Origin: Gonapodya sp. JEL0774
Lineage: Eukaryota
Reading direction: 5' to 3'
NCBI GenBank assembly: GCA_027604505.1
Contig: JADIIX010000039.1
Location: forward strand, 62,001-126,000
Length of the DNA stretch: 64,000 nt
Below, one piece after another: positions 35,201-48,236 of the stretch. A program made the position numbers and the translations under genes. The notes under the pieces were generated by a model that saw only the letters and a list, made by a program, of their open reading frames with translations, made no database searches and was not told the origin of the DNA. Positions within the stretch are counted from its first letter, which is position 1; every line of letters begins with the position of its first letter.

Positions 35201-37804
35201 CGAGGATTTTGACGGTGATTACGAAGATATTGAAGGGGAAGACGAAAGGTCCTGCAGTGATGCAGGAAGCAAAACAGAGGAGCCCGAACTTGATGAGCGT
35301 TTCGACAAGCTTGACCCAAAATTGTCGGATGTTGTGGACGAGCGTCTCTGGGATGAGGAGACCCCGGCATCTGAGGACGAAAAGATGGAAGACGACTCTA
35401 CAGTCATGGGAGGACAGAAGAACGCGAATGAACTGGTGGCTGACACAGAGACCAGGAAAAATCAGAGTGAACCCGAAAGACAGTATGATAATGCAGAAAC
35501 GGGTGAAGATGGCGATGGGTCACAAGGAGAAGATCCGGGAGAAGGATCGGTGGAAGAAGAGAATAGTCAACTTGGTGAAGACAATCTGATCAATGACGAC
35601 GCACCTGCCCAGCACGAGGAGAGTCACGGCGTTGAAGTTAGAGAACAAGATGATACTAACGAATTCGATCTACCTGATGATATGCAATTGGACAACGGAG
35701 GAGAGAATACGGATGATAACGTGCCAGACACGGAGATTTCTGAGGAGGTATCGCACGATCTAGACCAAACTTTGGATCCACCTGACGTTCCTGAAGAAGA
35801 GAAGTTGGAGGCACAGGATCCGAGTGCGGAGCCGTCACAAGAACAAGATCGACTTTCGGAGCAAACAAACATACCCGTCCCAACGGATAGAGGGGAGAAA
35901 CTTCAAGAGGGAGCGGAGGGCGGAGCAGGAGCATCAAAGATACCGGAAAAACCTTCAAGGGAGACCACACTTAACTCAGAAATCGCTCGTACAGCGGATA
36001 GCTTAAATGATCAGAAACGAGAGGATCCCGACATGATGGATAGTGACAAACCGATGGCAGAAAGCGTTCAGAATAAAAATGCGGATCAGCGAACTGACGA
36101 CTCAAAGGCTGCACATTCATCAATGCGTGATCCCAATAACGGCAATACAACCAATTCTCGTGTAGACGAGCACCGTGACGTGGTGAATGACGTGAATCCA
36201 AATCGAGATCTCGGAAACGCTATCGAAAATTGGCACAGGAGACTGAAAGAGCTCGTGAGGAAGAGTGAGACAGCATTGAACGGTGAGTCTGCCAACATGA
36301 GCGAAGGTCGTTCGACGTTTCCTCACTTTGAGCGCGTGAGCAACCAGATATGTCGAAACTTCCGGAAAATGTCTCTACCGATCTGCGAAACGATTCAACT
36401 TTCGAATTCGTGGAGAAGGAAGAGGATGGTGCGGAATATGATACTCAAGTCATCGCGGGAGCGACTGCAGAACAAGCTCTACAATCGGCGCAGAAAAACT
36501 TTGGGGATGCTGTTGATGATACGGCGACAGCAGATGATATGGATGTGGACAATAGTAACGAAGAATCAGATAAAATGGAAGGGGATGTACCAGGTGACCC
36601 AAGGATCCTTCGCGAGAGTACTCTGGAGGCATTCGATACACAGAACAGACAAAGGATAAACCAAGCAGCCGTAGATGATGAGATAATCCAAGAAGAGGCC
36701 AAGTCAGCAACTGGAGAAGACGCAACTGCCGATCCCGATAATTCCGATGATCCTCGATGGAGTGTGGAAGGCAAAGTTGGAAAGGGCGATGGGAATGATG
36801 AGCACTCGGATGATGCAGTGTTTCCTACAGAGCAAGGCTCCGTTGAATACGCGGAGAAGAATTACGAAGCTCTTCGGCGGGAACTAGAGCAAACGATCGC
36901 CATTTGGAGAGACCAAGGAGCAGATGAGGCGATCTCCTTGGATCTCTGGCGGCACTACGAGCGACTGACTCAAGATGTATCACTGGCCCTGTGTGAGCGG
37001 TTACGCCTTATCCTTGAACCAACGATAGCGAGCAAATTGAGAGGCGACTACAAAACGGGGAAGCGGCTCAATATGCGAAAGGTGATTCCGTACATTGCCT
37101 CAGGTTTCAAGAAAGACAAAATTTGGCTCCGCCGGACAAAGCCGAATAAGCGAGCTTACCAAGTGATGATCGCAATCGACGACTCGGAGTCTATGGCCCA
37201 GAGTGGAGCTGGTGGTCTTGCATTTGAGAGCCTTGCCACGATTGCTCAAGCGATGCGCCTTCTTGAAGTTGGGGAGATCTCCGTGGTTAGGTTTGGCGAA
37301 GATGTGGCTCTGTTGCACCCTTTCGAGAAACCATTTGGAACGGAGAGCGGGGCGGGAGTACTTCGGGCTATGGATTTCAAGCAAAAAAAGACAAACACCA
37401 GAGCTCTTCTGGAGACTTCACTGCGTGTAATGGAGGAGGCGCGGAAGTGGAGCGCGAGTGGATCTGGTGGGAGTGAATTGTGGCAACTTGCAATCATTAT
37501 TTCGGATGGAGTGTGTGAAGAACACGAGGCGCTGAGGGCACTGGTCCAGCGTGCTTTGGATAACAAAGTCCTCATGGTGTTTGTTGTGGTGGATAGGAGA
37601 TCAGAAAGGGACTCCATTGTGAATATGACCAATGTGACGTACGTGAGGGACAAGAATGGAAACTTAGTGCTCAAGTTGGATAAGTATGTGAGCTCTTTTG
37701 GGAAAGCGTTTCCGTATTTTTTGGTGGTCAAGGATGTGGCAAGTTTGGTAGGGACCCTTGGGAACACTTTGCAGCAATTTTTCTCTGCGGTGACGCGTGA
37801 ATGA
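20293..37804 (+). CDS. MDN1: Midasin (Rea1), AAA+ ribosome-biogenesis ATPase, multi-exon
   Basis: Six Walker A motifs (GAAGVGKT, GETGAGKT, GPTSSGKT, GETGCGKT, GSPGVGKT, GKSGSGKT), a long helical linker and a D/E-rich region. The C-terminal MIDAS/VWA region has LRGDYKTGKRLNMRKVIPYIAS and IAIDDSESM. Confidence 0.97.
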
Positions 37805-37909
37805 GTGGAGATACTGGATATTGCATAATTTTTATTGCTTACTGTCACTATGTCGATACCAAAAGAATATGCTTTAGACGTGTAGGCATTGCATTGCCAG
37901 TTTTGAATA

Positions 37910-38311
37910 TCATCGTATCGACTTTCTGTAATTCGGTGAGTCATATCGTGCAAAGCCAAGCCAGTCTTGAACTTGCTTCCAATAATCAAGAAAGATCTAT
38001 TTGAAGATGCACGATCTGCAGAGTCGCATGCAAGAACTTACCCCGATGCACGCCCAGAAGAGCCATCCAGTCAAAATAATGACCGGTATTGCGAGCGGAG
38101 AATCGACCAATTTTTGAAGCATAGTTTGGGGAATCGTGCTTCTTCTGGCATCAATTCCACCTCCGGGCAGGACGTCTCCGTTTTTAGTCGCTGGATCCTT
38201 GTCCCCAGCGAATATGCGAGCACGGCGAATGTAGGGGTCATTAGAGAGATCTTCGCGACGAGCTTTGTACGAGCTGGCGGCTGCAGTTGACAAACTATCG
38301 GGATCGGTCAT
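37910..38311 (-). CDS. Small hypothetical single-pass membrane protein (about 118 aa)
   Basis: ATG 38311 and a hydrophobic stretch LAIPVIILTGWLFWACIG. A putative 45-nt intron 38041-37997 (GTAAGT..TAG) joins IFLDYWKQVQDWLGFARYDSPNYRKSIR*. Confidence 0.5.
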
Positions 38312-38559
38312 GAAAGCCAGCAGTTCTAGGTGGAGATGTGAGGATGATGGTCGATGATCGACAGACAGCAGTTAAAACGTCGGTCGATAGTGAGAGTCGA
38401 GTGCCGGCTCCGCGGAATTTAAAAGTCTCGATGAAGGCCTAAAACAGGTACAAGATGACACAAAAGTGTGAACTAAGATAATATGTAAATAATAATGTGT
38501 AGGGTTCAGGAATGCAGACGATGACATACGGAAACCGTCGAACTTTCACAAAATACACA

Positions 38560-40245
38560 TTAATCTTCTTCTTCGTCACTATCGTATCCGGCTAACATTC
38601 CCAAGCCCCCCATACCATCTTCTGCTCCTGATCCCTTCGGAGTCGCACTTGATTTCACCTCCACTCTGACGCCCGCGGTTTTCATTTTCTCTGTCATCTG
38701 CCTCAGATAAGCAAGAGCAGAGCTGGAAACTATAGAAGACGGAATGCCGTTCGAATTGTCAGAAGGAACAGGTTGCGCTATTTCATGGGCAGTATCGGAC
38801 GACGAGCCCAGAGGCTGTAAGAACACAGACGGCTCGCTGACGCCTGCGGGAGCAGTGGAACCACGTTCCAATAATTTTCGAGTATCCAGTCTGCTCTCTT
38901 CGCCCTCATCCTCATGTTCTCCAATATCCATCACACCGACCACCGTTCCAGTCCCGTACTTCCCCTCCGCTCGGTACTCAACCCTTCTCCTCTTGGTTTC
39001 TCTTCCGCCTTCTGCATCGTCCGTCTTCTGATCCTCGTCCACAGCGTAGAGACCGTGTTCAACTTCGTCCATCATTCCTTTTAATCGTCGGTCCATATGA
39101 GGGTCCGCTGTTGCCCAGCGGACATTTAAAATCTCGTTAGAGTCCAGTGACTGGCCAAACATGGCTTCTTTCGCGAACTCGGCTTGAAGTCGATGGCGAA
39201 AACGAACAAATGCGACGTTTTTTGATGGTAGAACATTGACTGAACAACAATGAAAACCATCAACAAGCAGATGAGGCTTGGCACACACGCTCCAGAAACA
39301 CACCGTGCTCAATCTCTCCGAATTCCGAGTAATGCTTGATAACGACAGCCTTGATGTCCTTGTACGGAGCGATTCGGTTCATATATAATGTCCGGGAATC
39401 CTTCAAGAACGAACCGGTTCCTCCCATATCGTCACGATTCTCGCTGATTTAGCGAGCACAAAAGCCATTGAAGGATTTCGGTTACCATTGTGTCTGGAAT
39501 CAACGGACACTACCGACCCACGCACTCGTGTTTTGCTCTCCCAAAGCAGTCCTCCGACCTCGACCATCGCTTTTCGTCTTCAACGCGAGGGACACGGTGA
39601 AGATATTGGCATTCGGCACCTTTGCTGCAACATCCATGCGCAAAATGGACGCAGAAAAGGCTACTATTCGGTCGTTCGCGTGAACCACGCGTGCTGAAAT
39701 GCACCATCGAAGGGAATCAACTACTGTAGGACGAGACGAGTCAACTCGGTGTACATACTATCCTGTATCTTGAAGTGGATAACACCGCGAAGGTGCTCGT
39801 TCAATTGGACTGGTGCGGAAGAATGTAAAGTTAAACTGTTCGACTCCAAGTGGTGTTCGGAACTTACCCGCCCTTCTTCCTGTCCAGATCCCCGAGCCAC
39901 CTATTGTACCATATGTTGTACTGCGTCGAGCGATCGCCTATGCCTGCATCTGCGTGGCGTGATGGGCCATTGGCCTTCGCAGCAGCGGCGTCCATCTTTC
40001 ATCCCGAATGCGGAGGAGAAAAAGGCAACGTAATTTGAATAAACGATCAATTTAAGGATGAAATAAAGTGCAATGACATGTTTTCAGTTGAGGGTCAGCA
40101 ATATTCAAGAGGATGAGGTGAACAAGCGATCTCCCATCAATGCAGGCCCATTCACCTGTGGCGGCGCAGGCCTGTTCATCAAGCGAGGATCTTGAGTGGT
40201 AATCTTAACTTTCGGGGCTTCGACTTGGACATTGCTGACACTCAT
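38560..40245 (-). CDS. CWC2: Pre-mRNA splicing factor Cwc2 (Torus/CCCH zinc finger plus RRM)
   Basis: Motifs QYNIWYNRW, FCVHFAHGCCSKGAECQYLHRVP, DCFGR, RDDMGGTGSF and AFVRFRHRLQAEFAKEAMFGQSL...LNVRWATADP. Confidence 0.92.
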
Positions 40246-40344
40246 CGTTTCGAATTTTGGGAGCAGGAGGCTAGGGGAGTACGAGCACACATGGCCCACT
40301 TTTTCCACTTTATCCTATCTATGTCACCGGACAGCAACCTTTTT

Positions 40345-41853
40345 CTAGTCTGAAGTGTACCATATTGGAAGAAAGCTATTTAATACACCTTCCGACTTTC
40401 CTTCAGTGGGTGCTTTGCTTTTGTCACCACATTCTGCAATCTCTTCCTCTACTTCCACTCCATTACCCCGGAAGCTCACTCTATATACGGTTCTCCAGTC
40501 ATCTTTCAGCGCCACTTCACTTGTCAGCCATCGAAGGAATCCGTAACACCAAGTTAACATGACGTTAGGGTCCCACACAGCTCCGCCTTGGGCATCTGGT
40601 CTTCTCACAATTCGAGGAATTTCGAGCGTTTTGAATTCCTCTATAGCACGGACATATCCTTGATCGTCCCGAAACCCAATTATTACGCGGGGAACTCCGG
40701 CCAAAAATGACTGCGCCCAAATCTTAAGGAGTTTATGCCGCTCAAAGGACGCACGGTGAGAGGGATTAAGAATCAATCGGTGAGTTTTCAGCTCGATGTA
40801 AGTTGAAAGCGGTGGTGGGGGGTTTGTTGGCGGCGGTGAGTTGGGACGCAGTCCTGATGCTGGAGTACATCAACAGTCGGGAGAGCTCTGTCTCCAACCT
40901 CTGAACTTACTCTGACAGTCCACTTCCGCGCCTAAAATCAGATTTATTCCAATAGAGCTATCTGTTCGTCCACTACTGATACCAGTTCTCAATACTGTGC
41001 AAAATTGGACGTTGTTATTGACACTGTCGTCCCGTCGGGCTGCAAGAACTTCAGGTGTTGGATAGAGATCTTTATGAGAGATACATGGTGAAGGGCGAAG
41101 GAGAGGTACTGTCGAGAGAGATTCGAAGCGGTAACCCACTGGTGGATGGTGGGGCGATGGGATCATGATTCACAGTGGTGACTCTTGAGACTTCTCTCTC
41201 ACTGTATGACTGCAAAAGTTCCTGTCGGCTCATGTTTTGCTCCCGCTCAATTTTTGCCGATGTCAATTGCTCTTCAATGTAGAAAATGCCCTAACGTGGT
41301 TGCTTAAATCCTTTCTTGTCACAAGGTTTCAAAATTATCGCACCTTGTGCCGTGTGACTCGCAGGATCCAATGCTCCCGGTTATCGTACGGTGCGGTCAA
41401 TATCTTGGTCATGATACCCCTCCAAGTGACCAATGATACTCCGGGCTTTGTTCGCAAGTGTTCTAACAGTCCTTCGTTCTTCACAGTTCTCAGCAACGTG
41501 TCAAGGTGTTCAGGGACACTACTATCTCGCGCTTTGTAGCGTTCGTATCCATCCGTCAGTGGAATAGACGTGTCCATAGGGGCATACTGACGCTGAAAGG
41601 TGTTGAGATTCTGAATGCAATCATCAAAAATGAAACTCCCACCGATGTAACTCACAAGTTCACTAGCATCAGGTTTGTAGGTTCGATTTTCATCGAGGGA
41701 GTAGTGTGAGAGTTCTTTCGGTTGTTGAAACTGAGGCGGTTGGGCAGTTTTGTAGCTGCTCAAAGGTTGCAAAGGGAAAAACAATGCTGCTCGCGAACGT
41801 TTCCGATCTTGAAGTCCATCGTCGAACTCTGAGTTTTCGGGGGCGCGCTTCAT
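40345..41853 (-). CDS. RAI1: Rai1/DXO decapping nuclease
   Basis: Motifs LVTWRGIMTKILTAPY, GYRFESLST, LGAEVDC, YIELKT and KLLKIWAQSFLAGVPRVIIGFRDDQG. Confidence 0.92.
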
Positions 41854-42146
41854 TGTCGGTCCCCTGGGCGAGTGAAACTCTTAGTTCGTGTCGTAGATGT
41901 TGAATGGGGTCATGTCAGTCGGTGTACACTTGATTTGTTAGGTATGACTCGGCTTTGCACAACTCTTTCTATCAGCTTGACGTGCAAAGTATTTGAACTT
42001 GCTGAAGTTCATCTTATTGTTATTGGCGAGAAACAATATTTACATATACGTGTGGATTGGGCAGGGGTGCGGGGCGGGAGCTGGCATGAAGGCCCTTTTT
42101 TGCCTGCATCCATTTCACAAATTCCGCTTCACTGAGATTCCCCGAA

Positions 42147-44896
42147 ATGACGGCGGATATTCAAGATTCGAACCGGCGCTGGCGTGCATCCCCAATGACT
42201 GGAAGAGAGAGGAAGTTCACCCCCAATTCGCGCAACTCATCCCCAACCCACAAGTACATCCGCCCGATGCACGTGCCTCCTGGTACGCGCAACAGTGGAA
42301 ATCTTGGTTCTGATGTTGTTCCCACGCTTGCGGGTGACCCGGCTGCTCTTTCTGCGGAGACCAAGAATCGAATTAGGAAGGTTCGAGACTCTTCCAGTTC
42401 TCTGGCGTCCGGATTGCTCCCTGACTATTCGTCCCTCATGCGAACTACTACACTGGTTGCACTTTCCTACTGTCTCACATTGCCCTTTAGTTTCTCTCTG
42501 ACACACTTTTGGGTCTGTCTCGTGCGGCGCTGAGTGATTACCTTTGTGAGACCTCAATGGTTGAGGTCGCACAAAACCTTGATTTCTACATCAAGAATCG
42601 CTTCAACGATAGAGTAGGTGGTCATAGGCTGTGATGTGCTGTTGTGGGGATTTTTGGTTCTCTTCTGAGGGTGGTGATATATGAAGGTGTCACCTCATCT
42701 CCGTTCCGTCTTACCTCCCAATCTCTCCTCTCGTTTCATTCGCCCCACTTATTCCCACAGTCCAACTTCTCTGACCGTCGTTACGTTTCGAAGCTTGTAC
42801 AGGTTCTCGATCCTCTGATACAGGAACTCGCTGCCCACACAGAAAATGAATCGTACAGGCGAATTGTGGAAGTTTGGAAGAACCGGACGCTTGTGAAAGA
42901 GGAAGTTGTGGTTTCTTCAATCGCTGCGTCCGCAGAGGTACATTCTATTGGGAAGCAGATCTCATCCGATAGCAGGGAATCCTTGCGAGACACTAAAACG
43001 GAAACGGTTCAGAGCCCCGAGGATGTACAGTCGTCTGGCGTACCTGATGGAGATGAAGGAGAGGACGCATTTGGTTTGGTCTTTGGATGCACCAACGTCC
43101 CCAACGACACTTCAGATACTTTGGAGAACTCTCCGGAGAACTCGGAAACAACGACTGCGAGTTTATCAAGAGGTGCAATCACTTCCGTGGTGGATGGAAA
43201 GCCGAATCGACTTGCTGATGTGGATCCGGAGTTGAATACATTCATGTGTGGAGTCGCTGCTCGCGCATCCTTGGTGCAGAACTCTCGCGTGGTTCAGTCG
43301 CCGGAAGGCGCAGCTGTAGATGGTGATGTATTGGATGGTGTGACATCGATCTCGTCAGTCTCAGGTGCAAACGAGAGAAGAGTGCTCGGTGAAGTTGGCG
43401 ATTCTGAGAAATTACCGACCGTGGAAGTGTCTGAACGTACGACTCCTGCCCACGATTCTCGAGCATCAAAGCATAGCTGGTTGGATCGCCCCAGTTTCCC
43501 AATGATCACTCGTGACGGTTCGGTAATCAATTCAAAGGAGGAACTACTGGCATACGGGAAGCGGATCAGCAGCAACTTGAGTACCCCCTCGCAGGCGACG
43601 CATTCTCACGCTCAAAGGTCTTCGTCGGACGCTCAAGTGCTATCCAATGGCAACGAGAAGCCGATTAACCCTGGCGTGCTTCGAAGCGAGAACAAAACCT
43701 TGAATTCGCAGATTCCCACACCACCTCAGCATCCACCTTTTCCTTCTCAATCTTCGGCTTCACAGCACTCAGATTGTATTTCGTTACAGCATTTAGGACG
43801 ATCTCAGCCGAATGTTCTCGTTGATTCAATCGCTCGAGGTATAACAACCATGCAAGGGCCGTCAATGAACCCCTTTCCTGTGTTCCCTGGTTCTACGTTA
43901 GGATTGTTCGGTCCTGGATTCGTGCACGATAACCTAGGAATGGGCGATCTTCATGGTCCCGACATATTTGGCCGGCATGCTGGCAGTTCACTTGCCGACA
44001 CCCAAGTATTCAGTTCCACTCTGCAAGATCTTGCTTCTCCTTCGGGAATGATGTTCGGCGCAAATTCTGGTATCACCCCGTGGGCCGGTAGTACAGACCG
44101 AGGTTTCTCTGAACCTTTGAGCAATCAGATGGAACTGTCAGGGGGAATGGACTTTCGGACGGGCAGGAGGTTTGACCACATCTTGCCAAACAATGGAATT
44201 AGAGATGGAGCACTTGTCAGGTACTTCGGGCAAGACGGACTGAGGGTCGGTGGTGCCTCTGGACCTGCCGTTTACGATGCAGGCAGTCTCATGGGTGCAG
44301 AATTAAGCCAGCCATTCGTTGATTCCGAAGTGTCTCACATGCTGAAGGAGAGGTCACAATTTGTAAATGCAGGAGTTGTTGGTGGGTGGCCACAAACATG
44401 GCGACAATCTTACCATTCACAACAGTTCCCTGTGATGAGAGACCCTGCAGTCAAGCTTGGCCGTAGCCACCAGTTGGAGTCTGATGCACCCAAAAAGGAC
44501 AGTTCACCGAACGGCCGTTCGCGAAATGCAAGCCTCGGACTTGCGTCGAATTCTGGCTCAAATAAATTTGAACCTGACACCCTCTCATCACCTGACTACG
44601 CTGTGGGCCTTGAACGGATCGCCGAAGGACATGAACGAATGGATTCGAAATTGCAGGCTAGTCAGAGCAAGTCGTCAGGTGCCGACAGCGAAACGCGTGA
44701 GGAAGGGAAGTTCCAGGTGGAGCCAAAAGTAGAAACAATTTCTGGAGGCCAACTGGCAGTAGTAAAGGCGGATATAGGGGACGAACTGCTCTCAGGAAAC
44801 ATTTCTACTTATTCACATTCACATAAACGTGTCCGCGACATTTCAGGAATTGGTAATGGCATGTATGAGGAGAGCAAACGGGTTAAAATTGCATAG
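42147..44896 (+). CDS. Hypothetical protein, mostly low-complexity, with a weak CID-like helical segment; start uncertain
   Basis: An open exon of about 2.1 kb plus small upstream exons with GT-AG sites. The C-terminus ends in a basic NLS-like KRVKIA. Confidence 0.6.
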
Positions 44897-45054
44897 TTAC
44901 ATAATAATATGAAGTCAATACTAAATCATCACTTTCCCGAGGATCGGAAATTTGAGTCCTTTGCTGCCCCAACACGTTTGACACCGCACAACTCGAAACC
45001 ACCAACCAACCAACGAAAACCTCCGATCCAGAAGAAAAGTCCTAACATCGCATC

Positions 45055-46536
45055 ATGAGCCGTCTTCAAGGCCAAACTGTTCTCATCACGGGCGCCAGTG
45101 CCGGCATCGGTGAGTGCCCGAGTTCGGTCTCTTTCCAGGAGAGTCCTGAGAGACACCCGAAGAATAAGACGGTGTTCTTATGTAAACCATGATGCCATAA
45201 TAATGCCAGCGTTTCCCCTTTGAATCTGTCCCAAATTTGTCGCTATACCATTTAATGGTCCTTGGTCCGCTCTCATTTCTCAACCTTTCACTTCGAAACT
45301 CTTAACTGCCATTCAGGAGAAGCTTGTGCTCGCCAATTTGCTGCCGCAGGCGCAAAAATTGTCATCGTCGCTAGGAGAGCGGACAAACTCAAGGAGGTGC
45401 AGGCAACAATCGAAGCGAAAACTCCCGGCGCGAAAGTTTGGCCCGTGGAACTGGATGTCTCGAAGAGGGAGAAGGTCGATGCCGCCATTACGGGCCTTCC
45501 CGAGGAATTTAAGAACATAGACGTACTTGTAGGTTCCATCTGTGACTGCATCTCAGATATGCGATACCTTATCTCACAATGTAATCAGGTGAACAATGCT
45601 GGTCTCGTACAAGGTAAATGAGTCGAGTTTTGCTTTTTACCGCGGTAGATATTCAACAACCAATAGGCGTGGACAAGGTCGAGAACGTCAAGCCCGACGA
45701 TGTGGATTTGATGATTGGTACGTTTTATGTTCACTCAGGACCAAATCCTGAGTCTCAAAACCAACTTTCAAACGGACCTACAGATGTGAACATCAAAGGG
45801 CTCCTCTTCATGGCACAGGCAAGCAGGAGGTGGAAAGGGACTGCCCAAAAGATGCTTGCTTACTCGTCAATTTGTTTGCAGGCGTGCATGAAAATTTTCC
45901 GTGCCAAGAACAGTGGCTACATTATCAACATTGGCTCGATTTCTGCAAAGGAGACCTAGTAAGTCTACACAACTTGTGGGTGAAGCCTCGGTTCAAGTGC
46001 TGATGGAGGTTTGTGTCCCTCCAGTCCTGGCGGTGGCGTCTATTGTGGTACCAAAGTGAGTTGCACATGAACTACAGTGTAGGAACCAACGTTCATCTTA
46101 GTTGTGTACTTCGCAGTTCATGGTGGACGCTCTTACTCGCACTTTGCGACAAGAACTAGTTGATTCACCAATTCGCGTGGCTTTGATCAATCCGGGTATG
46201 GTGGAGACTGAGTTCTCCATCGTGCGATTCAGGGGCGATAAGGCGACGGCTGACAAGGTCTACAAGGGGTAGGTGTAATCTCAATCGCGCTCTTTCAACA
46301 GCAACCCTAATGGCTCCACTTACGTGACAACAGGATTAAGCCCCTTACGGGCGATGATGTTGGTGGGTCGTAGACTTTGCTGATAACGTGGCTCCATCTT
46401 ATCAACATCTTTTTCGAAAATCGCAGCTGAGACGGTTGTCTTCGCCGCTTCCGCTCCTCCTCATGTCGTTCTCGCCGATGTACTCATCTTACCGTCGAAT
46501 CAAGCGGGAACAATGCTTGTACACCGTCAACAGTGA
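45055..46536 (+). CDS. Classical short-chain dehydrogenase/reductase (YdfG/YMR226C-like), many exons
   Basis: Motifs VLITGASAGIG, ARRADKL, VNNAG, IINIGS, YCGTK (YxxxK) and INPGMVETEFSIVRFRGD. Stop at 46536. Confidence 0.9.
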
Positions 46537-46625
46537 ATATCGTGCGAAATTATGTACCACCGAAAATCCTTCTAGCATACATTGATCATATCTAAACTCA
46601 ATAAAGCTGACCCACACTCTGCGAA

Positions 46626-48102
46626 TTATGCAGTCATTGGTGCTGTGTGTCGTGCCTGCCCACCGATGCCCCACCACCCCAGCCAAGATCCCGACTGTAC
46701 AGGGGCCGTTCTCACCGATGGCATTTGAGGGGCATGAAGCTCCCGCTCAAACGGTTGGTCTTGGGCATTGTCCGAATCTAAACGAGCGACTGGAACAGTC
46801 TCCACCACCGCCGCAACATTTGAAGAACCTTCTCGCTCTTTATCATGTACACTTCTCCCGCGAGTGACTTCCGCTGGGGCAATGCCAAGAAGCTGTCGAG
46901 GAGCATCCGCCACTGCTCGCATTGTCTCTGATAAACTGCCCGCACTCCACGACGCAACAAGTCCATATACTGAAACAATAGAAACGCCAAGAGCGCCCAT
47001 GGTGAGCGATTGACGGAGCCCAGCTTCAAGGATGATCAACGAGGGGTACAAACTAATTTAACAACAGTGTTGAAAAACCGTGGTATCAAACTCACCAGTG
47101 CTCTTGAAGAGTAAACCAGTTGTAAATGCCGCACCAATGTGGTTGTAGTAGTCCTGCTTGTCTCGATATCGACCAAAAAGGGAATCCATAGAAGTATACA
47201 TTAAAGCTAAAAGGGTAATGGGAACAGGACCAAAGAAGTATTGATCAGGGAAAGAAGTGACTCCCATTCATACCGACAATACTCACTGAGAATCCCCATA
47301 TTGTTCCCTGCCCATGGACCGTACCGTGTAGTGGAATTGAGAACGGCGTTGATTCGTAGTCGGGTTGTGGTAGCGTTGGCGTTTTGAAGACCGCGGACGA
47401 CACCATAGAATCCACCAGAGCCCAGGCCTTGAGTGTGAGTGGTTGCGGAAAGAAGATACGACAGAGTCAGTGCAAGAAGGAAGAAACAGAGGAAAGGGGT
47501 GTCTCCAAAGAGTGAACGTCGGACTTTGTTCCCCTTGTACATGTACATCATCTCAATAACCGAGTCCGAACATGCTATCCTGGACATCCCTGGCTCAGCC
47601 ACTCAGCTAGAGACAGTTACCTAGACTCGCTTTTGCAGATTGAACAGTTTTTCGATTCAGGCGAGTCCAATAATCCAAGTTGTGTTGGGGTCACTCTTCA
47701 ACCCCAAGATACCTCCAATGAGTATGTTCCTTCCTGGGTATAGCCTTAACTACTCCAGCAACTAGCGATTCCAGTTTCTAATTCCGTCGTTCCTGTTCCA
47801 TCTCACGTTGAACTCAACCAACCTGAAATGTAAGCTGCCCCCGTTCCGTACAACATCTTGTCTCCGTCCGTCCTCATCGGCAACGGGCCCCATCTGCCCG
47901 CTTTATGCTTCGGATCCGGTATACCCGGCATCCCGGGAGGTCCTAGCGGCAGCTCGTCGACGTAGAGGTAGTCAAGGCCTTGGTCGGGGGTTGGTGGTAA
48001 TGGGGAAAACGTCTTGGGATCGATTCGAATGCCGCCGAGCATGGTGGAGACAGTTTCGGGATTAATACCCAGAGGTGCGCGGGCGGAGGAGTCGGCGGAC
48101 AT
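46626..48102 (-). CDS. TIM23: Mitochondrial inner-membrane translocase Tim23
   Basis: Motifs LDYLY, MLYGTGAAYISG|LGSGGFYGVVRG, RLRINAVLNSTTRYGPWAGNNMG and RDKQDYYNHIGAAFTTGLLFKST|AGLR. Confidence 0.9.
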
Positions 48103-48236
48103 GGTGCTCGATTGGAGTTTTTTGGTGGGTTGCTTTTCTCTGTCCAAGTGAATTCACTCCCCACACCACGTCACAAAACGCCTATCTTGACACATGTATT
48201 TTGAGCAGCAATTCCATTCCAGTAAAAACAGTCAGA

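Noticed and set aside
36280..36659. Overlapping midasin ORFs in two frames suggesting a frameshift
   Set aside because: Explained by an ordinary intron at about 36283-36347 (GTGAGT...CCAG).
37246..37989. Long antisense ORFs (for example 247 aa opposite the MIDAS domain, and others in the ORF track)
   Set aside because: Shadow frames of real genes with no recognisable motifs.
45110..45316. Hairpin followed by an ANANNA-like box in SDR intron 1 (possible H/ACA snoRNA)
   Set aside because: There is no convincing second hairpin with a terminal ACA.
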